DNA from: Fimbriosthenelais zetlandica
Lineage: Eukaryota
DNA: 64,000 nucleotides
Direction: 5' to 3'
NCBI GenBank assembly: GCA_977030845.1
Contig: OZ365111.1
Location: forward strand, 15,934,001-15,998,000
Shown here: one piece after another, positions 25,601-38,300 of the stretch
Position numbering within the stretch: position 1 is the stretch's first letter
Layout of the letters: each line of letters starts with the position of its first letter
Made by a program: the position numbers and the translations under genes
The notes under the pieces: generated by a model
Databases searched by the model: none
What the model was told of the DNA's origin: nothing
Seen by the model: the letters and a program-made list of their open reading frames with translations, nothing else

Positions 25601-27651
25601 GCTCTTGATTACTCAAGTTTCTCGTATGATTTTCAGCTGGGGGCTCTTTCTATGTGTTTCGTAGTGTTACCAGCTTATTATTTGAAGCTTGTTAAACAGA
25701 TATAACGCTTTTTTAACTTTTTTGTCGCAAGATTTCTACCAGATGTAAAATAGTTTTTTATGATGTCAAATTATCTTGAGGTTGATTAGGCCTAGGCCTA
25801 ATTGTCTTGGTTATTAGGACCAATTTTCGTGAATCAAAATGGTTTGTAGGCCTAAATAGTATTATAAACTGAACTCTAAACTTCCTTCCCAAATTACCTA
25901 ATTAATTTTATATAGATTTTATTGTGAAAATGATATAGCCTATATACAGTCCTAATAGAGACCTAACCTAGACTTATTTTTTTATAACAATTCTATTGTA
26001 CATAGGCTATTCCTTTATGATGTGTAGGCCTAGGCTATATATGCTATATTAATGAAATAAAAACATTTGCAATGAAGAGACGTGCAATATCCATGGAAAT
26101 GGTTCCCCTACGAACTTTTCCCAATGCAGAATTAATTTTAAAAAGTATTCACCAAATTAGGTAGAACGTAGAGTGGTGTGTTTGGGCATGAAGTTTGTGG
26201 CTCAAAAACATTCAATCGCAGCCGTCCATAGAGTTTCCAAAGAGACTTCTCTTTTATAGTGCCTCCACCTATGCGCAAAATCGTGCTAGTTACACAACTT
26301 TGCACTGCCCTACACTGCCATCTACAGGAACGGTATATATATTGTTTATTAGGCCTAGTCCTGTAAGTCTTGGACTACCAAATGTTTTCTCTCTATGTTT
26401 TACATCCTTAAAAATATTCAAAACAAGAACTCACACAACATATACCTGTATAAAGGTGGGATGACCCTGAAAGGTTCGTGTAAAGAGGTGATTTATTTAT
26501 CCACCTCCCATCTCATGGTCTTTGCACTGAATGAAATCGGATAAAATAGCATCTAAAACGAGCAGTGCTGGTGGTTGATTAGGCATTCGGGAATCTTTAA
26601 TTTTTATGCCAAACAGTTGGAATACACCTGGTGAGTATCTCTGATTTTTGGCAGATTTTTAGCCTTTTTAAACTAATTTCAGCCACTCACTGCAAGGCAA
26701 GCCATTCACTGCGGGACCAAATGCTATGCGAGACTCTAGTGCTGACCTCTATTGGTGGTCTCTATGTATTTAAAGGGGCGCTAGTACGGGGGCGCAATGA
26801 GCGACGGGAAGGCCAGCTTCAGTTTGAGTGACATCATAGGTGTACGGTCCATCGATTTAAGTACGGTGCGTCCTTCCTGTTAAGTAGGTTTACGTCCTAC
26901 GAGGACGGTCGTATAGTTTTTGCGTAGGCCTACTAGCTGCAGACAAACAATTGATACCGTGCTGCCATCTTTGTCACACCACACAACATACCTGAATTGA
27001 ATATAAAGGTAGGATGACCCTGAAAATTTCCAGCAACGCCATGATTTGTTTACCCAAATCAGCCATAATGTTTAGGCCTACATAACTGTCCTTGTTGGAA
27101 CCTCGGGTACCCGACCTTGAGGCCCCATACACATTTTGACTGGGGAGAAACAGGAAGCGGAAATATAGCTGACACTGACAATGACTGGTGTTAACTAAAA
27201 CCAAGGGAGGTAACTATTGCTATCTGTAATTGCTTCGTTAAACAGAAAAGCTTAACAAAGTTTTACCCCGTAACGTTGCAGGCATTTTCGTTTGGTGGTG
27301 GGGGTGGGGCTGGGGGTGGGGGGCAATTTGTTGGAGTAAAAAAAACATTAGGCCTACATAGGCCTAATAACATTTATTATACCCCTCCTACTGACAGCCC
27401 ATAGGAATAACATTGGGGATCTGTATGCCACGACCCGTGGCCTAACAATATCTGTAGGCCACGGGTTCTGTAGGCCACGGGTTGTAAATAGTTCCGGTTT
27501 GTAAGGCGGTGCTCCACGGCCTTACACTAACTTACAGCCTCGAAGCCACTGACTGAATTTTTGAAATTGTGAAAAACCAACCTTTAATTTAGGAAAATCC
27601 GTGTTTATAAGTCTCTCAGAGCCATTATCGTGCACTCTCCCGCTTAGTTTT

Positions 27652-27776
27652 ATTACTTTTGGGCCACGGCATGACAGGAAAACAACGTCACTTGCGCCAT
27701 GACAACGTCGTAGGTCATGGCGTTGTCATGGCGCATGTGACGTTGTTTTCCTGTCATACCGTGGCCCAAAAGTAAT
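27652..27776. mobile_element. Near-perfect 125-bp palindrome (hairpin MITE)
   Basis: 56-bp arms attacttttgggccacggcatgacagg... / ...cctgtcataccgtggcccaaaagtaat with 2 mismatches and a 13-nt loop. Confidence 0.8.
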
Positions 27777-28199
27777 TTGAAGCTTCGATTACACAATATT
27801 TAATTAATAATTTTAATCTATTAAACTTTTATATAACCTATCTGTTTATAATTAACACTAATTACCAATAATAAAGCGAAATTTAGTAGAGATATCTGGA
27901 ACTATTTTCCAACGATGCATGAGACATGATAAGTTGAAGAGAATTTAGCCCGGCCTCCATAGTCAGTTCGTGCCTGACTCTGCACAACATGGGTTGTTTA
28001 GAGTCAGGCCCACGGCCCTGGGAAAAGGCGGGGATCTCAACATTATCTCCTACCTCTCCGTTGACAGGCGAATTTCCTTTATAATGTTTGGCAATAATAT
28101 TCCCCTAACAATAATAGATATCTTTGTCCAGTTCTTGCCAATATTCCTTGCTTAAATAGTACTGGATGAGTGCTAAATGTTCTGGTCGCCTCGCCCCGC

Positions 28200-28500
28200 G
28201 ACAGTCGCATCCGCCATCGTCATTTTCAACGTCGGCGCGTATGAATATAATGTCAGAACCGTCACCGGAAGTGAACATAAATATAGGGAACGAATTATCC
28301 CAATTTATCTGTAAAATTTCTTTATTAAATTCTTGATTTACCAGTTAAATTAGACATGAAATCTAACCTTAGATAGTCGGGAAAATGTCATGGGGTTAAG
28401 GACCTATTTTTCATTGGAAGCTTACGCTTAACGACGTGAAGGCACTACGTCCTGACGTTCGTTTCTGTTTACTTCCGGTTTTCGGAAATGGCACAGTTTC
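28200..28500. promoter_or_regulatory. Candidate promoter in the divergent interval between the minus-strand gene and XDH
   Basis: Locally CpG-rich. ETS-type CCGGAAGT at 28265-28272 and ACTTCCGG at 28471-28478; YY1-like ATGGCGG on the minus strand near 28210; possible first-exon donor GAG|gtagga (minus) near 28052. Confidence 0.4.
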
Positions 28501-28869
28501 AAAAATAGGTACATGTAAAAAACATCTTGTGGAAGCATAAATCCAAGATATTGGGAACCACAAACTAGCAGACATTTTAGGAAAACACGTTAGGAACGTA
28601 TATAGGTAGGACAAATTTAGGGATTTTTTGATTTATTAGGTGAAATTTCTGCGGGGCAATTTGTCCCGCAAAAATCCCCGCCTTTTTGAAGGGTTGTGGG
28701 CCTGACCCTCGTCGTGGCTATGCCCGTACCGAGGGTCAGGCACGAACTGACTAGGCCTCCAGAGAGTTTCGGGAGTGAAGGAAGCTAAAAAATTAGCTCA
28801 GATTATCAAAATAAAATATTTGTGTATGTTTTTATAAATATTTTATGGACTTGTTAATTTATAAGGGGT

Positions 28870-29030
28870 ATAATAAATACAAAACATCCCGGAAAAACAT
28901 AAGCGGGGTGGTAGGCACCCTCGGTCCCGGCGGACTGATTTCCCTCGACTTCGTCTCGGGAAATCAATCCGCCGGGACCTCGGGGCCTACCGCCCCGCTT
29001 ATGTTTTCCCGGGATGTTTTGTGTTATAAT
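28870..29030. mobile_element. GC-rich ~160-bp palindrome (hairpin MITE) about 300 bp upstream of the XDH ATG
   Basis: Arms acaaaacatcccggaaaaacataagcggggtggtaggc...cccggcggactgatttccc / gggaaatcaatccgccggg...gcctaccgccccgcttatgttttcccgggatgttttgt. Confidence 0.8.
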
Positions 29031-29327
29031 CTTTGTTTTAATTGCCCACTCCACTTTTACATTCGGCTTACCATAGGACAGAAGAATCTAAACAAACAAA
29101 GCTGTCAGACCACGATCCACGATAATTATATATATGTGCAAGCGACTATATGCTGGGTCATTTGGACTGAAAACTCTCCACCAGTAGGTCTACTCGTCAC
29201 TCGAGACCACGATCGACGGGACCACGACCACATCCTCCAGCTAGACTGAGCTAGCTTCTGTTCACCAATAACTTAGAGTAAAAACTCATAACAAGTTACA
29301 AGTATAATACAAATAGTTATCTCAAAC

Positions 29328-32300
29328 ATGACCTCTCAGAAGAATGACCTACTCATTTTTTATGTCAATGGAAAAAAGGTGAGTGACATATTAAGAGGTT
29401 AAACCACGAGTGAAACGAGTTGTTTAACCTCTTTATACCACGACTGAATTTTTTTTTTCATACCAATCAATAGTTCACACATAGTGTAATTCCATTCCCT
29501 TTTCCTTGTATTGATACAAAATGACTACAAGGAGAAATTAAACTTCGGAGTCGTCGTCGTGGTATAACCTCTTAATACATGTGACGTGTTTTCACTAAAT
29601 GAGTCTAAAGCCGCAAAAATGGGTTTTGGGTTAGTTGCAGGTTCGTATAGATGAGATCACAAGCATTCCAATGGTGTATCATACAAGGAGATGTGAACAA
29701 TATTTATATTTTTAATAACATTTCCAAAAATAAAAGTAGTGACAGCAAAGACTAGAGATGGGCCTAATGCCCATTTCAGACAATTTTCTGTCCAACTGAT
29801 ATCTTGAAGGGACACCAGGCACAAAGGTGAACTCTTCCCAATTTCACTCACAAAAATAATCAAAACATTGTATACATGTACTTGCTTTTAATGCGAAGAT
29901 GCTAAGAGAAATAAATAGCTTCTTTACAGAGCTTCAGCGCTGAACGACCCTGTGCGACTTTAGACTCATTTAATGAAAACACATCACATTTCAGAATAGA
30001 AGTTCTCAAATACTAGAAATGTCCCATATGCGGCCACGGGTATCCATTACATTTTTATAACAACAATTTGTGGTACAGGTATCACATATAGTGACGCTGA
30101 ACATGTAATCAATATTAAATTTATTAGCACTTGGTGGATTAAGAATGATATATTGATGAAAACATACAATGTAATATACACACATGTATGCAGCCTAAAA
30201 CAAAAATATAATCTATCTAAAAAAGGTGTGTGTGTGGTGGAGGTGGGGAGGAAGGGGGGCTGGTGTTTTGGGTTCCATGTAATTATTTTTCAAAAACTTG
30301 AAGAAGAATATTTAAAGGAAACGGGTGCAGGAGTTGCAGACTCGTAAACTTTCAAAAAGCGTCAAATGTACTAGTTTTATTTCATGGGGTGGATCCAGAA
30401 GGGGATGAATGTTTGTCGTTGAAATAGTATACTATATAGCCCTACCCTAGGCCTAAACTTCGGCCGCAAGGCTGTACAAGTTTGTACCCCAATTTCTACA
30501 GATCTTCAGTAGGCCTATTACAGCAAACGCATATGTAAACTTTTGACATGCTATTGTGGTAGCATCGTCAGTTATTTCGTCATTTAAATTAAGTTGCAAG
30601 ATTAGTTATAGTAGGATTCGAAAACAGTATGATTATTGTGTAGAAAATATGGGAGAATCGCTCTATTTTGTTCAGGTGAATGTTAAGATTTGTTAAATTT
30701 AATATGTTCGATATCTTTATGATGTGGGTCTCTTATTCTGGGCAATATCTACCACGAATGTCAGTGTGCAAACCGTATGTCTCGGCTATTAGATATGACA
30801 TACCTATGTTTGATGGCTTTTTCAAAATGTACATAAATCTCATATAATTCTATGCAATAGTTATCTGTCCGCGTAGTAGGCCAAAGCAAATAAATGTTGT
30901 GTTTAGCGTCACCAGCAACTGGCCAAAGCGGTGCGGTGACGTGGATAGATTTCAAAGTTATCCCCCAATTTGTGTGATTTTAATGTTTTGCCACCCTTTG
31001 GTTACACAAATATATTTATAATTGAAAATGTAAGGAAATGAAGGCCCATATTGAGATATAAGTCATTTTTGTTATTTTCATCGAGAAACTTCTGGAATCA
31101 AGACCATGATTTCAGCCTATAAATGTCCTCAATTTGATGACACATTTGGGGGAAAAAAGAAGTGATGCGCAAGGTTTAAAGTGACGCCAAACAAAACATT
31201 TATTTTCTTTGGCCTAACATGTACCTTTTGTCCATTGTTGGGCCTACTTTATCTTATCTCCATCACTTCCACAACATGTCACCTTAGCCATCCATAATCT
31301 ATGTTCATACAGATACAGGCCTGAAATCTATTGACCTAGCGCAATGGTATCAAATATTCACATAACAGATTAAATGTTGGTATGGTGGGAATATTATGGA
31401 TAGGCATAGCCTAAACAGCTGCGTTAAATCACCATTCATTCATTATAATTATTATGGATAGGTAGGCTTTGTTTACCTCTCACACTATGAGGTTTGTAGC
31501 AGCCATAGAACTGGCTACAGCCTGCAGTATGTTACCCCTAATACTAATAGGCCTAATTATCTTCTTATCATAATGAAATATGGGAAATATATAAATTATA
31601 ACAAACATGCAGTTTATGTTAGTGGCTTCCTTTTACAAGCCGCCTCCCAGCATTTTCCCTTCCCATCCCATCTATACAGGTTTTTGTGATATGAAAAAGA
31701 AGCAAAAGCTGAATTTCAAAAGTTGGGTTTCAACCACAAGGTGGATTCAGGTGTTGATTGATTCTTTTTGACTGTAGACTGAATGTTATTTTCAACCTCC
31801 TAGCTTCTTTCACCATACAGAGCTCCTTAACATGATTTTAAAAAAAAATATCAACTATTTTTTCATTCCAGGTTGTGGACGACAATCCTGATCCTGAAAT
31901 GACATTGCTGTATTACTTGAGGAAAAAATGTATCCTTTCCCACGCACGGAGTTTCATTGTTTTGCCAATAGAATATCAACAACTGTTACTGTTTTTAAAT
32001 TTGCTTTAAATTTGGAGGAATCTATATACAAATATTATTATGCTTTCAAAAACATACATGAGTTCAATTTTAGTAAAAACTATCTATATTTATTTAATGA
32101 CTATATACACTATATTAGATATAATACACTATATTAGCTATACATGTATCTTGAAAAGTGCACTAGATAATGAACTGGGTTATATGAATTGCTGTACATA
32201 GTCTACGTAACAATAATTATACTATAATAGCACATACCCAAAGGTTCAAAACCTGAGCCTTTGGATTTATTTCATACCTGCCAAAAAAACTCAGTGTTTT

Positions 32301-35300
32301 TTCTACCCACGGACAACGGGAGTTCATTGTTCATGGGAGAAGCCTATTATTTTGAATCTGATCGCAATATCAGATATTTAGGATGAGATCGTAATCAAAT
32401 TGGATGAAGGGTTTTCTGATAAGATTTGGTTGCGTTGTGGCTCACAGTAAAACTATGTAAGTTTAGTCTCGAAAAGACAGTGCTTCCAATTTTCTATTTA
32501 CATCACAGGGGCGGATCCAGGATTTTTTCAAAGGGGGATTGGGGGCGCCGGGTTAACCCTAAAAAATGGTGGAGCACCTTAATCCGCGCCTGAATCATGA
32601 ATTACGCTGTAAAGTGGAAATGGTCGAATAAAGTGTCGTATGTACAAAAAAAAATTAAGCCTACTTTTGAAGTGGTGTGATATATATCAAATGACTTGTG
32701 GCTCACTCACTGTCAAAACAGGAAATCTTTTCTAGATTAGATTATCGTCCCCCAAGAACACTTAGCCTAAATAAACATGCTGTTTTTCGCAGCGTTGCGT
32801 CAGATTAATTTGCACACTGGTGATGGACGTCACAATGAATGTGTCGCAGGAATGGGTGCAACACATATTGCGACATGGTCAGTTCATATTCTCTACCCTG
32901 TCTGTTGTAGCGATATTTGTCACACAACAAAATGTCGCTTCACTTTCCATTGTACAAGTTTTGGCGAAATATCGTTGCAACGAGGGTTCAACTATACAAG
33001 ACAGTTTTGCAGTACTGTTGCCGTCGACTCTCTTGTATGTGTGAACCCCCTTTTAGGCGACTCGAAAGTATGGTCCTGTAGAATAGTCATGTTATGTACA
33101 TTGTATTATGAAAATATAAAGAGTTATTGCAATAAAACTATGAATCCATGCAAAATCCGGTGCCATGACCCAACCCACATTTAAAAAGCATTGCTTTTCC
33201 CATATTGCAGTCTATCATTTGGTTTTATTACCATTATTTGGCCATAGTTACTTTTCAAATTTGCGCAGGATGTGAGGTGTGGGTGCTGGGTGGAGATAGA
33301 ACATATTTTTAAGATGATAGTTAGATCTTGTCTAAAATCCTTAAATTCACTAGTGCTTTTGCCTGGGACGAAACTGGGTTGTGGAGAGGGAGGTTGCGGT
33401 GCCTGCACAGTCATGGTCTCCCGCTTCAACAGAGACACCAAAGACATCAGGTGCAAGATTCTCCTCCATATTATAATGTTATTCAAAACTTGACATTTTT
33501 TAATGTTTAGAAATATACACATTATAGGCAATTATAGACATGGTTGTATAGGCCAGATTTGACGTGTTTTCATGAAATGAGTCTAAAGTCGCGAAAGTGG
33601 GTTTTGATTTAGTTTAGATTCGTATAGAGCAGATTATCAGCTTTTCAATGATGTATAGTACAAGGAGATGTGAGAAATATTTATACTTTTAATACAATTT
33701 CGAACAATAAAAGTAGTGACTGCAGAAACTTTTCTCAATTTCACTCACAAAATTAGTAAAAAATTCGTATCCTTGCTTTGATTGCGAAAAAGCTGAGAGA
33801 AATAAGTGGATTGTTTACAACGCTTTCAGGCCTGTAGCTCCGAATGGCCCTGTGCGACTTTAGACTCTTTTCATGAAAACAGTTCACAGATATAGATTGT
33901 GTTGACATACCTCAATCATATTTCATGACGTAGAAAATCGCCTATTATATGACCTTTTTCATTAAAATTGTTTTTCCTGCAATTTATTTCCAGTCACTTT
34001 TCAATGAACGCCTGTCTTGCCCCGGTTTGTTCAATGCATGGTCTGTCTGTAACAACAGTGGAAGCTATAGGCAGTACCCGCACTAAACTCCATCCGGTAC
34101 AGGTAGGTCATCAAGATTAGGCCTACATTTTGATACATAAATATAAACTGAATAATATGTATGCATAGCCTATGAGTTAATATTCGAATATGATGAAAAA
34201 ATTATTACCGGTCTATATAATTATATGAATGAATTAATACAAAATTTGTTTATCGTAATAACAACATAACATTAAGACAGGTTTGCAAATAGAAATTTCG
34301 ACACTCACAGACACAAAGTCACGATAATAAACAACAATGAATGATAAAACACTAAAACCACCTTTGCTTCTAAAGTGCTTTAAACTTTGAGACTATTCTA
34401 CCACCTTTGTTTAAAAGTTATAAGCTTCAAAGCTATTGTATTCGGGTGGGATAGTGGGCAAATTGAGATCACAGGTACCGGACCGAGTGGCCTAGTACTC
34501 AATTGGGCATTGAGTATAATTAACAATATACCATTCACTATGATTGTTATCCTGACCTGATATACGATAACTCTTCCTATCACAATCATTAAGTATAGGC
34601 CTATTACATGTATTGGCCAAAGTGAACTTATACCGTTCCCAATATTGCCATGGTATACCTATTTTGAAGAAGTGTCATACATTCTCAGGTGATTTTAATT
34701 CTGTTAATTGAGCTTGAGTTTAAGGTTTTTATTTGCATTAAATGAAGCAAGACTGTCAGTGATAATACCACAATGTCCTGTCTTGAATGAGCTTTTATGT
34801 TTATTTTTTAAGGAACGAATATCAAGGTCATACGGGTCTCAGTGCGGTTTTTGTACGCCAGGCATTGTCATGTCAATGTATACGCTGCTACGCAATAACC
34901 CAGTACCTTCCAGGGCCGAGATGGAAAGCTCATTTGAAGGTATATTATCTCCTAACAACATGAATTATGTTTTGCCAGTTTTGTTTAATGAATGCAGGCC
35001 CCTATCCATGTTTATTTTAATTTAGTGGCCATTTTTTTATTTTTTTTTTATTTACGTATTTATACAGCAGGTAAATCCTTGGCCAGTAAACTGGCTATAT
35101 TAATGGATTATACTGTGCCTTAAGCGGCTATTGAGGATTTAAGTAAATGAGTGAGGTAGAGTGAGGAATTACATTTAAATTACAGAACATGAAGTTTGGA
35201 GTTAGCCTACAGGTAATTTTAACAGAAGATATAACAGCAGAAGATACAGATTACAGAACATGGAAGTTGGAGTTATGTACAGGTAATTTTAACAGAAGAT

Positions 35301-38300
35301 ATAACAGCAAGTATATAACATAGTAAAGTAAATTAAGAACACGATGAAACTTAGACAGCAATAAAAACAGTGAATGGAGGTTTAAATAGCTAGGCGTGGA
35401 TCAGCATGTAAAAAATTGGAAGTTGTTGTGTTACTTCTAATAAAGTCTGTTATTTTTATGACTGCTTTGAAAACATCAATATCCCGTAACGCTTGAGTTT
35501 CTCTGGGTAGTTGGTTCCACATGTCAGAACCAGTAAAATGTGGACATTTTTTGTATTTTTCACACTTAGGAATCTCTACTTTGAATTTAATTTTGCCAGC
35601 ACTTCTAGTTTCAACTGCGCTAGTGGCCGGAGGAGGTTCAAGCTGGTTTGGGTTTTTGGATTTTTTATACATGGCACACACTGTCTGTCTAGCCGACCTA
35701 GTTTCAAGGTATTCAAGTTTAGCCTTAGTGTGTAAAAATTCGGTCGATGTTAGCCTATCCATTTGGAAGATAATTTTTAGGGCACGGTTTTGGACTCTCT
35801 GGAGTTTAGCCTTAATAGTTTCAGTCAGAAGGGTAAAACAGGCATTACCATATTCAAGCAGTGGTAAGATAGTAGCTTTATACATAAGTAAGGCTGTTTT
35901 CTCACCGATTGAATGCCTTAACTTGGATAAAGTAATAAGTTTTGCATTGGCAGATCTCATGGCATGTCTAGTATGCTCTTCTAGGTTTAGTTGTGAGTCA
36001 AGATGGAGTCCTAAATACTTGTATTTGGTCACCAGTTCGATCGGCGAACCATTAACATTAATTTGGTTACACTTGTTATGATTGGCTATCTTACGGGTAT
36101 TAAGCTTCGTCCCATTTGTACAGGATCAGCCAGTAGACACATCTTTCTTTCTGAAACAAATCCCTCATTTTGTCTTTTTTTGTATAATTTTAGGTAATTT
36201 GTGCAGGTGTACAGGCTATCGTCCTATCCTCGATGGTTTCAGCACATTTACCAAGGTACGGAAATTATAGTACACGTTTAAAAGAAAACAATATTGAAAG
36301 ACACTTTTTAATTGTTTTAATTCCAACAATCCTGTAGGCCTTATCATTTAAACAATTACATTTCGTAATATCAATATTAGTATACTTGTTATATAATCAG
36401 AAAGGATTTTAGTACATTTTCTCATTTCTTCTGATCAAATTTTATCTATAATATGTTCCAATTATTCCTTTTTGGTTGCAATTTAAAGGAGTTCCAGTGC
36501 GCCATGGGGGACCAATGCTGCAAGAACAACAAAAATAAAGAAAGTGTTCCTGTAGGTTTGAACTGTAATTTCCGTTAATTCCACTTTGCTGAATTATCCA
36601 TTGTTAATTTTTTGTCACAGAATTAATGTATATGATTTTAAATGTCTTGGTTTTCAGGTTCCAGACAAGAAGTTGTATGATTTCTCCAAGTTTAGCCCAT
36701 ACGATCCAACACAGGAGCCAATCTTTCCCAGTGAACTTCAAGTAAGTTATTCCTATTAGGGGTAGAAACGTGTATTAAGTTTAAGTTTAAGGGGCAATAC
36801 ACTAGCAATGTTATCAAAGCGCTGTTGCATTCTGGTTACACACCTGCATTAATTATTTAATTAAATAAGAAAAAGGGTTTTTTTTAATTTCAAAGTTTTA
36901 ATCCCAATATTATTTTTACTTACGTCATAAATATAATATATTTTAGGGTGTCAAATTAATATGGAGGCCTATATGCTTTTCCCCAGATTTCTGGGTTATC
37001 AAAAATGGTCCTGATTAGATGCATTGTCACTACTTCTAGATGATTTATTATATTCGGAATGACTATAGGAGTGCTCGCTTGCACTAAATGACTATTGTGT
37101 ACTATTGAATCACAAAGATTTTTGACAGCACGAACAGAATATATGTGTATAATATTATATAACCGGGTCGTTGTCCCATAAATGTACGATCTAGTACAAA
37201 ATGTTACTGATCATTGGATGAATTGAGATGGACAGACATCACGACCGTTTATATAACATATTTATTTTAACGTTATGTACAGTTCCTGGAAACAGACACG
37301 CCATAAATACGACTTGGCATTAGTAATAACATAAATTATTTTTCACCAACCGATTCCTGTCCTATAAAATTAACAATAGACCTGTGGGAGGGGCTGGAGA
37401 GTAGGTAAGAGATATAGGGGAGGGTATTATACATACGGAATAGACAAATATAGGAGGATGAGATTGACAAGGATGGTAGATAGATATATTATAGGTACAG
37501 ACATTATTAGCAATATACATGCAGCAATGTATCTAGGCATATTTTACCTAAGGAGGACTGGGAGAGAACTGGACTGGATCCGTCACCGGATATAATAATT
37601 ATGTTGTTTATGTTGGAAAGAGGAGAGGCAAAAAGCAGGGAGAATGGTAGAAAGGGAGAGAAATTATGTTTTAGTACTCCGTAATCTCATGGTGATGTGT
37701 CTTAATATTATGAATGTCATTTTAATTTGTAGGTTGACAGCACTTGTGACACTCAATCACTGAAATTTTCTAGTGACAGGGTTACATGGTATCGCCCCGT
37801 TTCACTGGAGGAATTTGTTTCTCTAAAATTCCAACATCCTGAAGCCCGAATAATCGTAGGCAACACCGAAATAGGTAAAATAAAAAAAAATAAAAAAATG
37901 CCCTAAAATGTGATCGCAAGCTCGGAATTTAAATTTAGGTTCAGGTATCTCTGCATGGGATTATTGGTGCATTGATCATTGCTCCTTTTTTAAATGACTA
38001 GGTGTGGAGATTAAATTCAAGAACATGCACTACCCCGTCATGATTGCGGCCAGCCATATACCAGAACTCAAAGGTGTGAGGCATACAGATAGTGGGATAG
38101 AGTTTGGAGCCTCCGTCAGCCTTGCATCAATGGAACACCAGCTGAGAAAAGCCATTGAGAAATATCCCGGTTCGTAGATTTCACCTATATTTTAGACTAA
38201 CCCATTTAAACCGAGGTACTTAATTCTGGTTGTATTCTGGTTATATAATTATTAGGGGGAACTTGTATAACAAATTTCAGAAAGATTCATCAAGGGGTTG

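Noticed and set aside
34825-34845. SYGSQC instead of the usual SHGSQC near the XDH Fe-S cluster
   Set aside because: All ligating cysteines are intact; a single substitution is not evidence of altered function.
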